This document shows, in pieces, positions 29,083-38,528 of a stretch of DNA of 43,234 nt. Positions within the stretch are counted from its first letter, which is position 1. Each line of letters starts with the position of its first letter. The notes beneath the pieces were generated by a model. The model was given only the letters and a program-made list of their open reading frames with translations, searched no databases and was not told the DNA's origin. Made by a program: the position numbers and the translations under genes. The stretch is from an uncultured Mycoplasmatota bacterium (GTDB lineage: Bacteria; Bacillota_I; Bacilli_A; RF39; UBA660), in contig CANORV010000003.1 of assembly GCA_947569245.1 (NCBI GenBank), positions 1 through 43,234 on the forward strand, written 5' to 3'.

Positions 29083-30246
29083 CTATTTTAATATATTTGT
29101 TTTTTTAGTTTTTATTACAACTCTTAATCCTGTTATACTATCTGCATTTATAGTTGTAAGAATATTGTCATTAACTGCATATAAATCATTTATTGCTGGT
29201 GTTTTTGTATAAAAGTTTGTATTATAAAGCCAAGATTTATTTTCTTCATTACTATTTATTATATTATCGATATCATCTTTAGTAATCAAATCAACTTCTA
29301 AGTCACTAGCATCTCCACCATTATTTACAATACTATCTTTAATTGTAGAATAAAGGGTATTTTTTATGTAATAAGCTACGTTAGTAGATGATGTTTGATC
29401 ATAGGCATTAGAATTAGTTGTATCAAAGGCAAGATCAATACTATTTATATCATCAAATAGGTATACAAAATCATCTTTAGATGATGAATCTTTTATGACA
29501 TGATAACTTTTACCATTAAGTAAGGCTATTTTGTCTCCTAGTTTGTATTCTTTTTCCAACTTTAAAGTAGATGGAGTTATAATACTATCATTTACATAAG
29601 CATTTATTTTAACACTAAATGACATATTGTTATATTTTGCTTCTCCAGTTAAAGAATCAGACTCAGGAGAAATATCTATTTCATCATTTAGCCACATACG
29701 TAATCGAAACATCTTTTCATAATTATTAGTATTTTCTTCGATAAGACCATTATAAATAGTTCTTTCCTCACTGTCTTTTTGATAATTTGATATTTTTAAA
29801 TCAGCATAGGTATTTACCCTATCGATTTTATCATTATAAGTTGTTGCAATTGGTAATTCATCATTTCCATTATACTCAGTTAAATATAATTTTACATAAT
29901 CATTTGGTAGACTATTTTCTCCACTTACCTTTTTAGCTGTTAATTCATAACTTATTTCTGATGATCCACTAGTTGTACCTGTTATTGAAAACTCAAAAAC
30001 GTTATGTGAGCCAAACTGTTTTTTTCCATCCTTATCACTTATTGGTAAGGCATTAGTAATTGAAATACCATTACCACTATTTTCGTGTTCAGTATATAGA
30101 AAACTTATATTTCCTGTTTTTAAAATATTATCAGTTTTTCCTCTACCAATATAAGTAAATATGGCATATGTTGTTCCTGTTGTAACTACAATAAGTAATG
30201 CTAGTGCTACTATTATTAGTAATGTTCTTTTTTCATTTTTTTTCAT
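29083..30246 (-). CDS. Secreted protein with a SipW-type signal peptide, a TasA/camelysin-like N domain and a DUF6273-like C domain
   Basis: MKKNEKR-hydrophobic stretch-GTTYA|IFT; FRLRMWL...FSVKINAY; C-terminal YHVIKD...SWLY...FYTKTP...GLRVVI. ATG 30246 follows GAGG. Domain names are inference. Confidence 0.6.
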   Translation of the reverse strand: MKKNEKRTLLIIVALALLIVVTTGTTYAIFTYIGRGKTDNILKTGNISFLYTEHENSGNGISITNALPISDKDGKKQFGSHNVFEFSITGTTSGSSEISYELTAKKVSGENSLPNDYVKLYLTEYNGNDELPIATTYNDKIDRVNTYADLKISNYQKDSEERTIYNGLIEENTNNYEKMFRLRMWLNDEIDISPESDSLTGEAKYNNMSFSVKINAYVNDSIITPSTLKLEKEYKLGDKIALLNGKSYHVIKDSSSKDDFVYLFDDINSIDLAFDTTNSNAYDQTSSTNVAYYIKNTLYSTIKDSIVNNGGDASDLEVDLITKDDIDNIINSNEENKSWLYNTNFYTKTPAINDLYAVNDNILTTINADSITGLRVVIKTKKTNILK

Positions 30247-30304
30247 TGATATTACCTCTATTCTATATATTATTATAATATCGTTTTCTAAAGTATTTGT
30301 CAAA

Positions 30305-32437
30305 CTAGAATTTTTCTTTTAAGACGATATTTACTGTTGTGTTTTCATCTATTTTTGTATTTTCTTCTACACTTTGACTTACGACATATCCAACATCTTC
30401 AATTGTTGATTTAATTTTTAATAAATCTAATAAAGCCTTAGCATCCTTATATGAATATCCAATTAAATTTGGCATCAATATTTCTTTATCATTTGTAAGT
30501 AGAAAGACTTTATCATTTTTACTAACAACACTTCCCTTTTCGGGATATTGTTTGATTATTTTGTCACCATTTCCAATGATTACTGGTTCTATTTCATTAT
30601 TATTTAAAATACTTTTTATTTTTTCACAATTTTTATTGTAATAAGAAGAGAGTGTGTACGTTTTTAAAACTTCATTTTCATTACTTGCCTCATCATAAAT
30701 ATTTAAATATTTACTTACATTTTTGACAACATCTGTTATGACATACGATAATGGTGTAGCACTTTGATACTCTGGACGTTTTAATGTAGCATAGATTATT
30801 ACCTTTGGATTATCTTTTGGAAACATTCCAGCAAAGCCTCTTATTATGTCGTCTCTTCCTTTTAAATATCCTGTTCCATTAGTACTTGAAATTTGAGCAG
30901 TTCCCGTTTTAGCAATTAAACCATAACCTTCCATATTATAAGATGTTCCAGTACCCTCAGTTACTACATCTTCCATTAATTCTTTCATTTTATCAGTTGT
31001 TGATTTTTTGGCAACTCTTCCAAGTTCCTTTTTTTTATTTTCTAAAACAACATTTCCTTTGGCATCAACTATTTTTTCTACTATGTATGGTTTTAATAAT
31101 ATTCCATCATTAGCAATTGATGTTAAGGCTTGAATATTTTGAATAGATGTTGTTAAAATACCTTGTCCAAAACCAGCATTAAATACTTCTGTTTCATATT
31201 TAAAATCGAGTTTCCCAGAGGTTTCTCTAGCTAACTGTATACCTGTTTTAGAGCCAAATCCTAGTTTTTTATAATATTCTTTTAGGTAAGTTCCATCCAT
31301 ATAATTTTTTATTAGATGAACAACTCCAGTATTACTAGATAAAGCAAAACCTCTATCATAAGTTATTTCACCCCATCCCTTACGATACCAATCACCTATT
31401 TCTGTTTTATCAGTCGTTTGATAAATACCTGACATAAAAGTTTCATTTCCCTGATATTTTCCCTTTTCCATTGCCGCCATATAAGAATATATTTTCATTG
31501 TACTTCCAGGTTCTATGGCAGTTGAGATATTTGGATCTAGATAATCTTTGATATTTCTTTTATTAGGATCAAAGGAAGTAGAAGATGATATACCTAATAT
31601 TTTTCCTGTTTTTGCTTCTGCTACTACAATGTTTAATTCTTCAAAATTATATTTTGATTTAACAGTTTCCAAGGCTTGTTCAATAAAGAATTGGACATTA
31701 GTATCAATTGTTAAATAGATATCTTTACCATCGATAGCCTCTTCTATCTCTTCTTTAGTATTAGCAATTTTGTATCCCTGCAAATCCTTTTGATATAATT
31801 TATAACCATCTCGTCCAGTTAATTCGTCATTATATAATGATTCTAGTCCCATCTTGCCAATTATTTTTCCATCCTGATCTTGAACAGCAAAACCTAGGGT
31901 ATATGATAAAAAGTCCCCTTTAGGATAGTATCTTGATTGACTTTCAATAAAATCAATTCCCGGTAAATTTAGGGCTTCTATTTCTTCTTTAACTAGTTCT
32001 GTTAAATTTTTTCCTTTATTTCCAAAATATGTTTGATAACTATTTTTTTTATCTAGTAAATTATAAACATAATCATAGTCGGCTTTAATTACTTCAGAAA
32101 GCTTTTGTGCTGTAAGTTCTTTATCAACGACATAATTTCCTTCTCCTCTTGATTCTTTTAAATAAGCTATTAAAGTATATGAATAAATATTTTGAGCTAA
32201 AGCTTCTCCTTTACAATCATAAATTGTTGCTCTTTTTGCTCTAATTGTTTCTTTCTTTGTTGTTCTATTACTAGCAAATTCGTTTAGATTTATACCATCT
32301 ATTTCCTTTTTAAGAGCAAGCTCACCAGCTCTTAAAAAAAGGGCACTTAAAAAAAGAGCAATAAAAATAAATAGCCAATTAGGTATTTTTACTTCATTGT
32401 TTAGTTTTTTAACATTTTTTTTATTGTTTTTAGCCAC
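30305..32437 (-). CDS. pbpB: Class B division PBP (PBP2B/2X-like) with two PASTA domains
   Basis: RATIYD, SRYYP, EPGSTMK (SxxK), SSN, KTGTAQ and C-terminal PASTA repeats; follows ftsL. Confidence 0.9.
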   Translation of the reverse strand: MAKNNKKNVKKLNNEVKIPNWLFIFIALFLSALFLRAGELALKKEIDGINLNEFASNRTTKKETIRAKRATIYDCKGEALAQNIYSYTLIAYLKESRGEGNYVVDKELTAQKLSEVIKADYDYVYNLLDKKNSYQTYFGNKGKNLTELVKEEIEALNLPGIDFIESQSRYYPKGDFLSYTLGFAVQDQDGKIIGKMGLESLYNDELTGRDGYKLYQKDLQGYKIANTKEEIEEAIDGKDIYLTIDTNVQFFIEQALETVKSKYNFEELNIVVAEAKTGKILGISSSTSFDPNKRNIKDYLDPNISTAIEPGSTMKIYSYMAAMEKGKYQGNETFMSGIYQTTDKTEIGDWYRKGWGEITYDRGFALSSNTGVVHLIKNYMDGTYLKEYYKKLGFGSKTGIQLARETSGKLDFKYETEVFNAGFGQGILTTSIQNIQALTSIANDGILLKPYIVEKIVDAKGNVVLENKKKELGRVAKKSTTDKMKELMEDVVTEGTGTSYNMEGYGLIAKTGTAQISSTNGTGYLKGRDDIIRGFAGMFPKDNPKVIIYATLKRPEYQSATPLSYVITDVVKNVSKYLNIYDEASNENEVLKTYTLSSYYNKNCEKIKSILNNNEIEPVIIGNGDKIIKQYPEKGSVVSKNDKVFLLTNDKEILMPNLIGYSYKDAKALLDLLKIKSTIEDVGYVVSQSVEENTKIDENTTVNIVLKEKF

Positions 32438-32472
32438 TAATCATCATATCCTTTAAATAAATTATAACAAAA

Positions 32473-32496
32473 AATAGTGGCTAATTTCCACTATAT
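32473..32496 (-). terminator. Hairpin between ftsL and pbp
   Basis: ATAGTGG-CTAATTT-CCACTAT with an A-run on the left, which is a U-tract on the minus strand. Confidence 0.5.
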
Positions 32497-32528
32497 TTAT
32501 AAAAATTTAATGTTCTATATGTAAAGAA

Positions 32529-32828
32529 TTATTTTTGAACATTTTTGATGTTATTATTGTTATATGTCAAACCTTGTTCTTTGGCTACTTCTTGAATTTT
32601 TTCTAATGATGCTAGTTCATCTATTTTCATTGACAAACTTTCATTTTGCTTTTCCTGTTTCTCAATATTTTTTTTAACCTTTTCCACTTCGAAATTTATT
32701 TGTGATAAAGTAGCTTGTGAAAAAATTACTGCTAGTGGTGTTATAAGGCATAAAATAATTGTGAAAACATATAAAAGGCGTTCAAATTTAGACATTTTAA
32801 GTCTTGTTTTTACTTTTCTCATCACCAC
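32529..32828 (-). CDS. ftsL: Cell division protein FtsL
   Basis: Basic N-terminus, TM helix, coiled coil NESLSMKIDELASLEKI..AKEQGL; synteny. Confidence 0.9.
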   Translation of the reverse strand: MVMRKVKTRLKMSKFERLLYVFTIILCLITPLAVIFSQATLSQINFEVEKVKKNIEKQEKQNESLSMKIDELASLEKIQEVAKEQGLTYNNNNIKNVQK

Positions 32829-32841
32829 ATCACCATTCTTT

Positions 32842-33768
32842 CTATTTTATTCTTTCTAATATTCTAAGTTTAGCAGAACGACTTCTGTTATTCTGTTCTA
32901 ATTCTTCTTTACTTGCAACTATTGCTTTATTTACAACTAATTTATAGTCTGGTAAATAAGAATCTGGAATATTTGGTAAACCTTTTACCATCTTGTCGAT
33001 ATTAGATACTTCTTTAAAAATGTTTTTAACAATTCTATCCTCTAAAGAGTGAAATGTTATAACACAGATTCTTCCTTGAACATCTAAAAGTGATAAAGCA
33101 TCTCTTATAGAGTCTTCTAGGATATCTAGTTCATGGTTTACTTCTATTCTAATTGCTTGAAAAATCTTTCTTGCTGGATGTTTTTCTCTTCTTACTTTTT
33201 CAGGAACGGAGTTTCTAATTATTTCTACTAACTCTAAAGTTGTTTCTATTTTTTTTGTTTGTCTTTTTTTAACGATATTTTTAGCAATGTTTTTTGCAAA
33301 TTTTTCCTCTCCATATTTAAAGAAAATATTACTAAGTTCATCAGCGGAATACTCATTTACTACATTATAAGCAGAAAAATTACTATCTAAATCCATTCTC
33401 ATATCTAATTTAGCATCTTGATGGTAGCTAAACCCCCTATAGGAATCATCTAATTGAGCGGATGATACTCCTAAATCAAATAATATACCATCAACTTTTT
33501 CAATATTTCTTTTAGCTAATTCATCTTTTAAGTATTTAAAATTACTTTTTATAATAGTAAAATTACTTCCGATTTCTTTTAATCTTTTTTGAGATGAATC
33601 AATAGCTTCTCGGTCCTGATCGAAGGCGAAAAGTCTTCCCTTTTTTATTCTTTTTAATATTTCACTTGAATGTCCTCCATATCCTAGAGTACAATCGACA
33701 TACGTACCATTTTCTTTGATATTTAAGCCATTAATTGACTCTTCTAATAAGACACTTATATGTTTCAT
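32842..33768 (-). CDS. rsmH: 16S rRNA m4C1402 methyltransferase
   Basis: HISVLL, DCTLGYGGHS, DLGVSS, LDMRMD, FHSLEDR and RSRSAKLR. Confidence 0.97.
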   Translation of the reverse strand: MKHISVLLEESINGLNIKENGTYVDCTLGYGGHSSEILKRIKKGRLFAFDQDREAIDSSQKRLKEIGSNFTIIKSNFKYLKDELAKRNIEKVDGILFDLGVSSAQLDDSYRGFSYHQDAKLDMRMDLDSNFSAYNVVNEYSADELSNIFFKYGEEKFAKNIAKNIVKKRQTKKIETTLELVEIIRNSVPEKVRREKHPARKIFQAIRIEVNHELDILEDSIRDALSLLDVQGRICVITFHSLEDRIVKNIFKEVSNIDKMVKGLPNIPDSYLPDYKLVVNKAIVASKEELEQNNRSRSAKLRILERIK

Positions 33769-34208
33769 AATTCCACATCCAAACTATCATTAAACAAATT
33801 TTCTGCAATATCAGAAAGATTTGTCTCGTTTTCTTTAAGAAATAAGTTCCAGTTAGAATCATTCCATATTTCCAAACGATCCCCTACTCCTATAATAACA
33901 CATTCTTTAGTTAATTCTGCATATTTTATTAAAGTAGGTGTCAAGTTAACACGGCCTTGTTTATCAAATTCTAGTACAGTAGCACCTGAAAGGAAAAATC
34001 TGGAAAAATTACGGGCATCTTTTTTTGTAAAAGGTAGACTGTTTAGTTTCACAGTGAGTTTTTCAAATGTTTCAGGAGTATAGACAAACAAGCATTTTTC
34101 TAAACCTCTTGTTACAACAAATTTGTTTTCTAAATCACTTCTAAATTTTGAAGGTAATGTCAGTCTTCCTTTTTCATCAATGTTATGATGGTACTCACCC
34201 ATAAACAT
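33765..34208 (-). CDS. mraZ: Division/cell-wall cluster transcriptional repressor MraZ
   Basis: MFMGEY..NIDEKGRLTLP, DKQGRV and GVGDRLEIW. ATG 34208 follows GGAGG. Confidence 0.96.
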   Translation of the reverse strand: MFMGEYHHNIDEKGRLTLPSKFRSDLENKFVVTRGLEKCLFVYTPETFEKLTVKLNSLPFTKKDARNFSRFFLSGATVLEFDKQGRVNLTPTLIKYAELTKECVIIGVGDRLEIWNDSNWNLFLKENETNLSDIAENLFNDSLDVEL

Positions 34209-34223
34209 TAAAATCATCCTCCC

Positions 34224-34259
34224 CCCACTTTTTGCCACTTTCAACCACTACTTACCATT
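34224..34259 (-). promoter_or_regulatory. MraZ-binding direct repeats
   Basis: Minus strand (A)GTGG at exact 10-nt spacing: CCAC at 34225, 34235 and 34245, plus degenerate CCAT at 34255. Confidence 0.85.
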
Positions 34260-34334
34260 ATAATACTACAACTTCAGTTTTTAGTAAATATAATATCGGT
34301 TTGAATAAAAATATTTATGTAAATAGATGTAAAG

Positions 34335-34371
34335 AAAAATAGTTAGGTGTTTTTTACTCCTAACTATTTTT
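34335..34371 (-). terminator. Intrinsic terminator after the orphan gene pair
   Basis: AAAAATAGTTAGG-loop-CCTAACTATTTTT. Confidence 0.85.
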
Positions 34372-34383
34372 AATTAACTTAGT

Positions 34384-35661
34384 TTAGTTTTTAAACCATC
34401 TTTGTTGTTTTATTTTAGCTTTTTCATTATGATTAGTTGGTTTTTTCTCATTTTTTGGCAAAATTCTTTTGGGTACAATGGGAATAAACTGTTTTAGAAT
34501 TTTTGCTTCTCTTTTCTTCTTATTTTTATTTTCTTTATCACTATTAATTACTTTTTGTTCTTTGTTTCTTTCGTCATGATAATTACCTTTTTTATTATTA
34601 GCTGTTATATCAAAATTAAAGTTTTTAATTCCTATTTGCTTTAAAATTTTTCTTATTATTATAATAGCATCTTCAGAAAAGTATTTTGTATCGTCTTTTT
34701 CTATATCTATTAGCAAATTTTTATAAGTTTGTAGTATATCATTAAATTCATTTTTATTTAAAGTTTCAAGACCTGCTTCAAAGTATAATTGTTCTAATAT
34801 TGCTGTTGGATCATTTAAGTTTGAAATATCTATTTCTTCTTTTGTAATGAAAGTTTCTATACAATCTTTTAAATCAGCTATCGTTGATGATGATTTTATT
34901 ATATTATATCGTTCTTCTGTAAAGTTTCTTAAAGTGTCAAAGATAATTGATGCTTTTTCTTTTACTTCTGTTGGATATTCGAACCCTTTTTTGATTAATT
35001 TTAATTCATCTGTGTAAACTGTAAATGTTAGCATAAATAATGAATTAAAAACTCTCTCATATAATTTAGCTTCTTGCTTTGTTTTTGGAAGATTATTTTT
35101 TAGCCAGTTATTTATTTTATATGCAAAAAAATGATCAAAATCTTCATAAAAAGCATCTTCTAGTTTTATGGTGTTAAGATAATCTCGTTGAAATTCTTTT
35201 AAGTTTATGCCATAATCTTTGGCAATATATTCATTTTCACTAGTAACTGTAACTAATTTGTCAGATTCATCTGGTAGGACTATCTTTGCATTAAGAGGAT
35301 TTCTTCTATATCTATCGTTTATACGATTAATAATACGACATGGAATTAGAAGAATACTAGCTCTTGGCAAGTTTTCAAAATCAATTTTTTCATCGTTTCC
35401 TCCATTTTCATCGACAATGTATCCACAAAAATCATAAATTTGATTTAAATCAAATTTTCTTTCTATCTCATCATAGATACTTTCTTCTTTCTCTAAGAAT
35501 TCTTCAAGCAATAATAAAATATTATTAAAATCATCTTGCTTTTCTTCTTTTTGATCTAAGCCAGTTAATTTGTATTCGATAATACGTGTATATAAATTAT
35601 ATATTCTTAAAGTTATTGAAAAGGCTTTTTTATAAGCTTCTTCGTATGTCAAATTTTCCAT
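34384..35661 (-). CDS. Hypothetical acidic helical protein with a long basic tail, 425 aa
   Basis: Long ORF with an AAGGAG RBS; N-terminal pattern shared with 35665-36735. Confidence 0.8.
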   Translation of the reverse strand: MENLTYEEAYKKAFSITLRIYNLYTRIIEYKLTGLDQKEEKQDDFNNILLLLEEFLEKEESIYDEIERKFDLNQIYDFCGYIVDENGGNDEKIDFENLPRASILLIPCRIINRINDRYRRNPLNAKIVLPDESDKLVTVTSENEYIAKDYGINLKEFQRDYLNTIKLEDAFYEDFDHFFAYKINNWLKNNLPKTKQEAKLYERVFNSLFMLTFTVYTDELKLIKKGFEYPTEVKEKASIIFDTLRNFTEERYNIIKSSSTIADLKDCIETFITKEEIDISNLNDPTAILEQLYFEAGLETLNKNEFNDILQTYKNLLIDIEKDDTKYFSEDAIIIIRKILKQIGIKNFNFDITANNKKGNYHDERNKEQKVINSDKENKNKKKREAKILKQFIPIVPKRILPKNEKKPTNHNEKAKIKQQRWFKN

Positions 35662-35664
35662 AAA

Positions 35665-36735
35665 CTATCTCCTTTTAACATATATTGAATCTCTTGTTTT
35701 TCTTTTTTCAATAAATTCTATGTTACTAATTATTTCATCTTTTATAGTGTTGCAAACATAATCATCTTTGCTATTTCCTATTTGCAAGAAGTAACAATCT
35801 TCAACAACTTGATAAAGTTCTTGTAAATCCTCTTTGTTTAGCATTACTTGAATTGCTGATAGATATGTTTTAACTACTATTTTAAAAATATCTTTTTTAT
35901 TATCAGGCATTTTAGAATAGTCTTCCTTAAATAGGCACTCAGTACCATAGTCATAACAATTTAAAAGAAATGTTTTTCTTATTAAATCAACATTTTCTTG
36001 ATCTATATTATAAATGTCACTATAGTAATCAGATGAAATTTTAATAATCTTTTTATGAGTATTATATAGTAATTCACTTACATTATCCAGACACTTATTT
36101 AAAAAAATCATGTTTTCTATAAATTTCCTGATAGTTTTATATTCATTAGTATTTTTATCTAAATCAGATGTGTATATATTTAAAAGATGACAATAGACAT
36201 CTAAAACATCCGTTTTGATTTTTTCATGTATAATAAGATAATTAAGTTCTTGGTTTGTTTCATTTTCTGTTATTTTTTTGATTGATTGATTTTGTTCTTT
36301 TAGATATTCTATTTCAGTTTCAGAAAGCTCTTCTTTTAAATACTCTATTAAAAGATTATTGAATCTTTCATCAATTATATCTTTAACTTCTTTTATAGTA
36401 ACTCTTTTTTCTATTTCTTTATATATTCTTAATATAATTAAGTCTTCTGTTTTTATATCAAATAAGGACTTAAAATTTATCTCTTCTATATCATCGTTTG
36501 AAAAATCTTTGCAATCAAGAATAGCATCACTTATATCTGTTAATTCCTGAATGCTAGTATTTTCGTATAATTCGTCTTCTTTTATTATAGACGATACTTC
36601 TTCTTCAGCAATTAATTGCAGTGTTGATTCTTTCTCTTGCTTTATGAATTTTTCATCTAGTCGAAGATCTCTATAGTGCTTTATTTTTCTTGATATTTCA
36701 TATAAGTCTTTTAATCTAGCTGTTAAGCTTGACAT
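35665..36735 (-). CDS. Hypothetical acidic helical protein, 356 aa
   Basis: Long ORF with a GGGGG RBS; 3-nt gap to the next gene. Confidence 0.8.
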   Translation of the reverse strand: MSSLTARLKDLYEISRKIKHYRDLRLDEKFIKQEKESTLQLIAEEEVSSIIKEDELYENTSIQELTDISDAILDCKDFSNDDIEEINFKSLFDIKTEDLIILRIYKEIEKRVTIKEVKDIIDERFNNLLIEYLKEELSETEIEYLKEQNQSIKKITENETNQELNYLIIHEKIKTDVLDVYCHLLNIYTSDLDKNTNEYKTIRKFIENMIFLNKCLDNVSELLYNTHKKIIKISSDYYSDIYNIDQENVDLIRKTFLLNCYDYGTECLFKEDYSKMPDNKKDIFKIVVKTYLSAIQVMLNKEDLQELYQVVEDCYFLQIGNSKDDYVCNTIKDEIISNIEFIEKRKTRDSIYVKRR

Positions 36736-36765
36736 ACTTTTCCCCCCTGATAGTCATATTATTTA

Positions 36766-38514
36766 TTACTTTTTCTTTTCTAGTTGAATTGATAATTCTT
36801 TTAATTGTTTTTCATCTACTATATTTGGTGCATCACTCATTAAACAGGTTGCACTAGTAGTTTTAGGAAAGGCAACTACATCTCTAATGTTATCAGTGTC
36901 TACTAGTAACATAATAAGTCTTTCTAAGCCAATTCCAACGCCACAATGAGGTGGTGCTCCATATTTGAAAGCTTCTAAGAAAAAGCCAAATTTATTAATT
37001 GCTTCTTCATGAGTCATACCAATTGCTTCAAAAACTTTTTCTTGTAATTCTTCTTCATGAATACGAACAGAACCACTTAAAAGTTCATAACCATTTAGTA
37101 CTAAGTCGTATGCTCTTGAATAGCAATTTTCTTTATCAGTTAATAGTTTATCAATGTCTTTTTTATTTGGAGATGTAAAAGGATGATGAGCAGCAACATA
37201 TCTTTCTTCTTCCTCACTATATTCAAACATTGGAAAATCAGTTACCCATAAAAAGTTAAATTTATCTTTTTCAACTAAGTTTAGTTCATGACCTAGTTTT
37301 AATCGTAGTGCTCCAAGGGCAGTTTGGGAAACACTTTTTTTATCGGCAACAATAAATATCAAGTCATTATCTTTAATATTTAATTTTTGAATAATAGAAG
37401 CTTTTTCTTCATCACTTAATACCTTGGCAATTGTTCCTGTTAGTTCATTGTTTTTATACTTTAAAAACGATAGAGCTTTAGCTTTATAAACTTTGACAAA
37501 TTCTGTTAGTTTATCAATATCTTTTCTAGAAAATATATCGGCTTTGTTCTCTACAACAATAGCATTAATTACCCCTTTATTTAAAATGATATCTTTAAAT
37601 ATTTGAAAATCGGTATTATTAAAAATATCAGTTATATCGTTAAGTTCCATTTTAAAACGAGTATCTGGTTTATCACTACCAAATCGACTCATACATTCAG
37701 TATATTTTAATCTAGGGAATTTTTCTAAAGTAACTCCTTTTATTTCTTTAAAAATTTCATTCATTAAACCTTCAACTATATTCCAAATGTCTTCTTCACT
37801 AGCAAAACTCATTTCGATATCAATTTGAGTAAATTCTGGTTGACGATCAGCTCTTAAATCTTCATCTCTAAAACAACGAGCTATTTGAAAGTATTTTTCC
37901 ATTCCACCAATCATTAAAAGCTGCTTATATAATTGTGGTGATTGTGGTAGAGCATAGAAGCAACCCTTAGTAATACGACTTGGTACTAAGTAGTCTCTTG
38001 CTCCTTCTGGTGTTGATTTACAAAGAATTGGTGTTTCTACTTCAGCAAAGCCTAACTTATTTAAATAATTTCTTACAATTAGTGTAACTTTACTTCTAGT
38101 TATTAAATTGTTTTGTAATTGTGGTCTTCTTAAGTCAAGATAACGGTATTTTAATCTTGTATCTTCCAATGCAGTTGTATCATCTGTTAATTCAAATGGT
38201 AAGTCAATTGATTTATTAATTACAGACAAGCTTAAGACATCAACTTCTATTTCTCCTGTTTTAAGTTTAGGATTTTTGCTTTCTCTTTCAACTACTTTTC
38301 CAATTACTTTTATAACGTATTCACTTTTTAAACTGCTAGCAAGATCATAAAACTCATTTTCTGGTTTTACAGCTAATTGAATAATACCACTTCTATCTCT
38401 TAAATCGATGAAGACTAAACCTCCTAAGTTACGTTTTTTTAAAACCCAACCATAAAGCTCTATTTCTTCACCTACGTTTTTAATATTGTAATCTGTATTG
38501 TTTGTTAATTTCAT
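36766..38514 (-). CDS. aspS: Aspartate--tRNA ligase
   Basis: FIDLRD, RLKYRYLDLRR, TPEGARDY, FRDEDLRADRQPEFTQID and GAPPH. ATG 38514 follows GAGGTG. Confidence 0.98.
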   Translation of the reverse strand: MKLTNNTDYNIKNVGEEIELYGWVLKKRNLGGLVFIDLRDRSGIIQLAVKPENEFYDLASSLKSEYVIKVIGKVVERESKNPKLKTGEIEVDVLSLSVINKSIDLPFELTDDTTALEDTRLKYRYLDLRRPQLQNNLITRSKVTLIVRNYLNKLGFAEVETPILCKSTPEGARDYLVPSRITKGCFYALPQSPQLYKQLLMIGGMEKYFQIARCFRDEDLRADRQPEFTQIDIEMSFASEEDIWNIVEGLMNEIFKEIKGVTLEKFPRLKYTECMSRFGSDKPDTRFKMELNDITDIFNNTDFQIFKDIILNKGVINAIVVENKADIFSRKDIDKLTEFVKVYKAKALSFLKYKNNELTGTIAKVLSDEEKASIIQKLNIKDNDLIFIVADKKSVSQTALGALRLKLGHELNLVEKDKFNFLWVTDFPMFEYSEEEERYVAAHHPFTSPNKKDIDKLLTDKENCYSRAYDLVLNGYELLSGSVRIHEEELQEKVFEAIGMTHEEAINKFGFFLEAFKYGAPPHCGVGIGLERLIMLLVDTDNIRDVVAFPKTTSATCLMSDAPNIVDEKQLKELSIQLEKKK

Positions 38515-38528
38515 AAGTAACACCTCTT

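Noticed and set aside
2259-30304. Single genomic island or prophage inserted in the dcw cluster
   Set aside because: No integrase, transposase, phage genes or flanking direct repeats were seen, and the block includes core-type genes (recX, yigZ, sspI).
34209-34244. Longer MraZ N-terminus from the ORF track (TTG 34244)
   Set aside because: The region is the MraZ operator repeats and RBS; the conserved start is MFMGEY at 34208.
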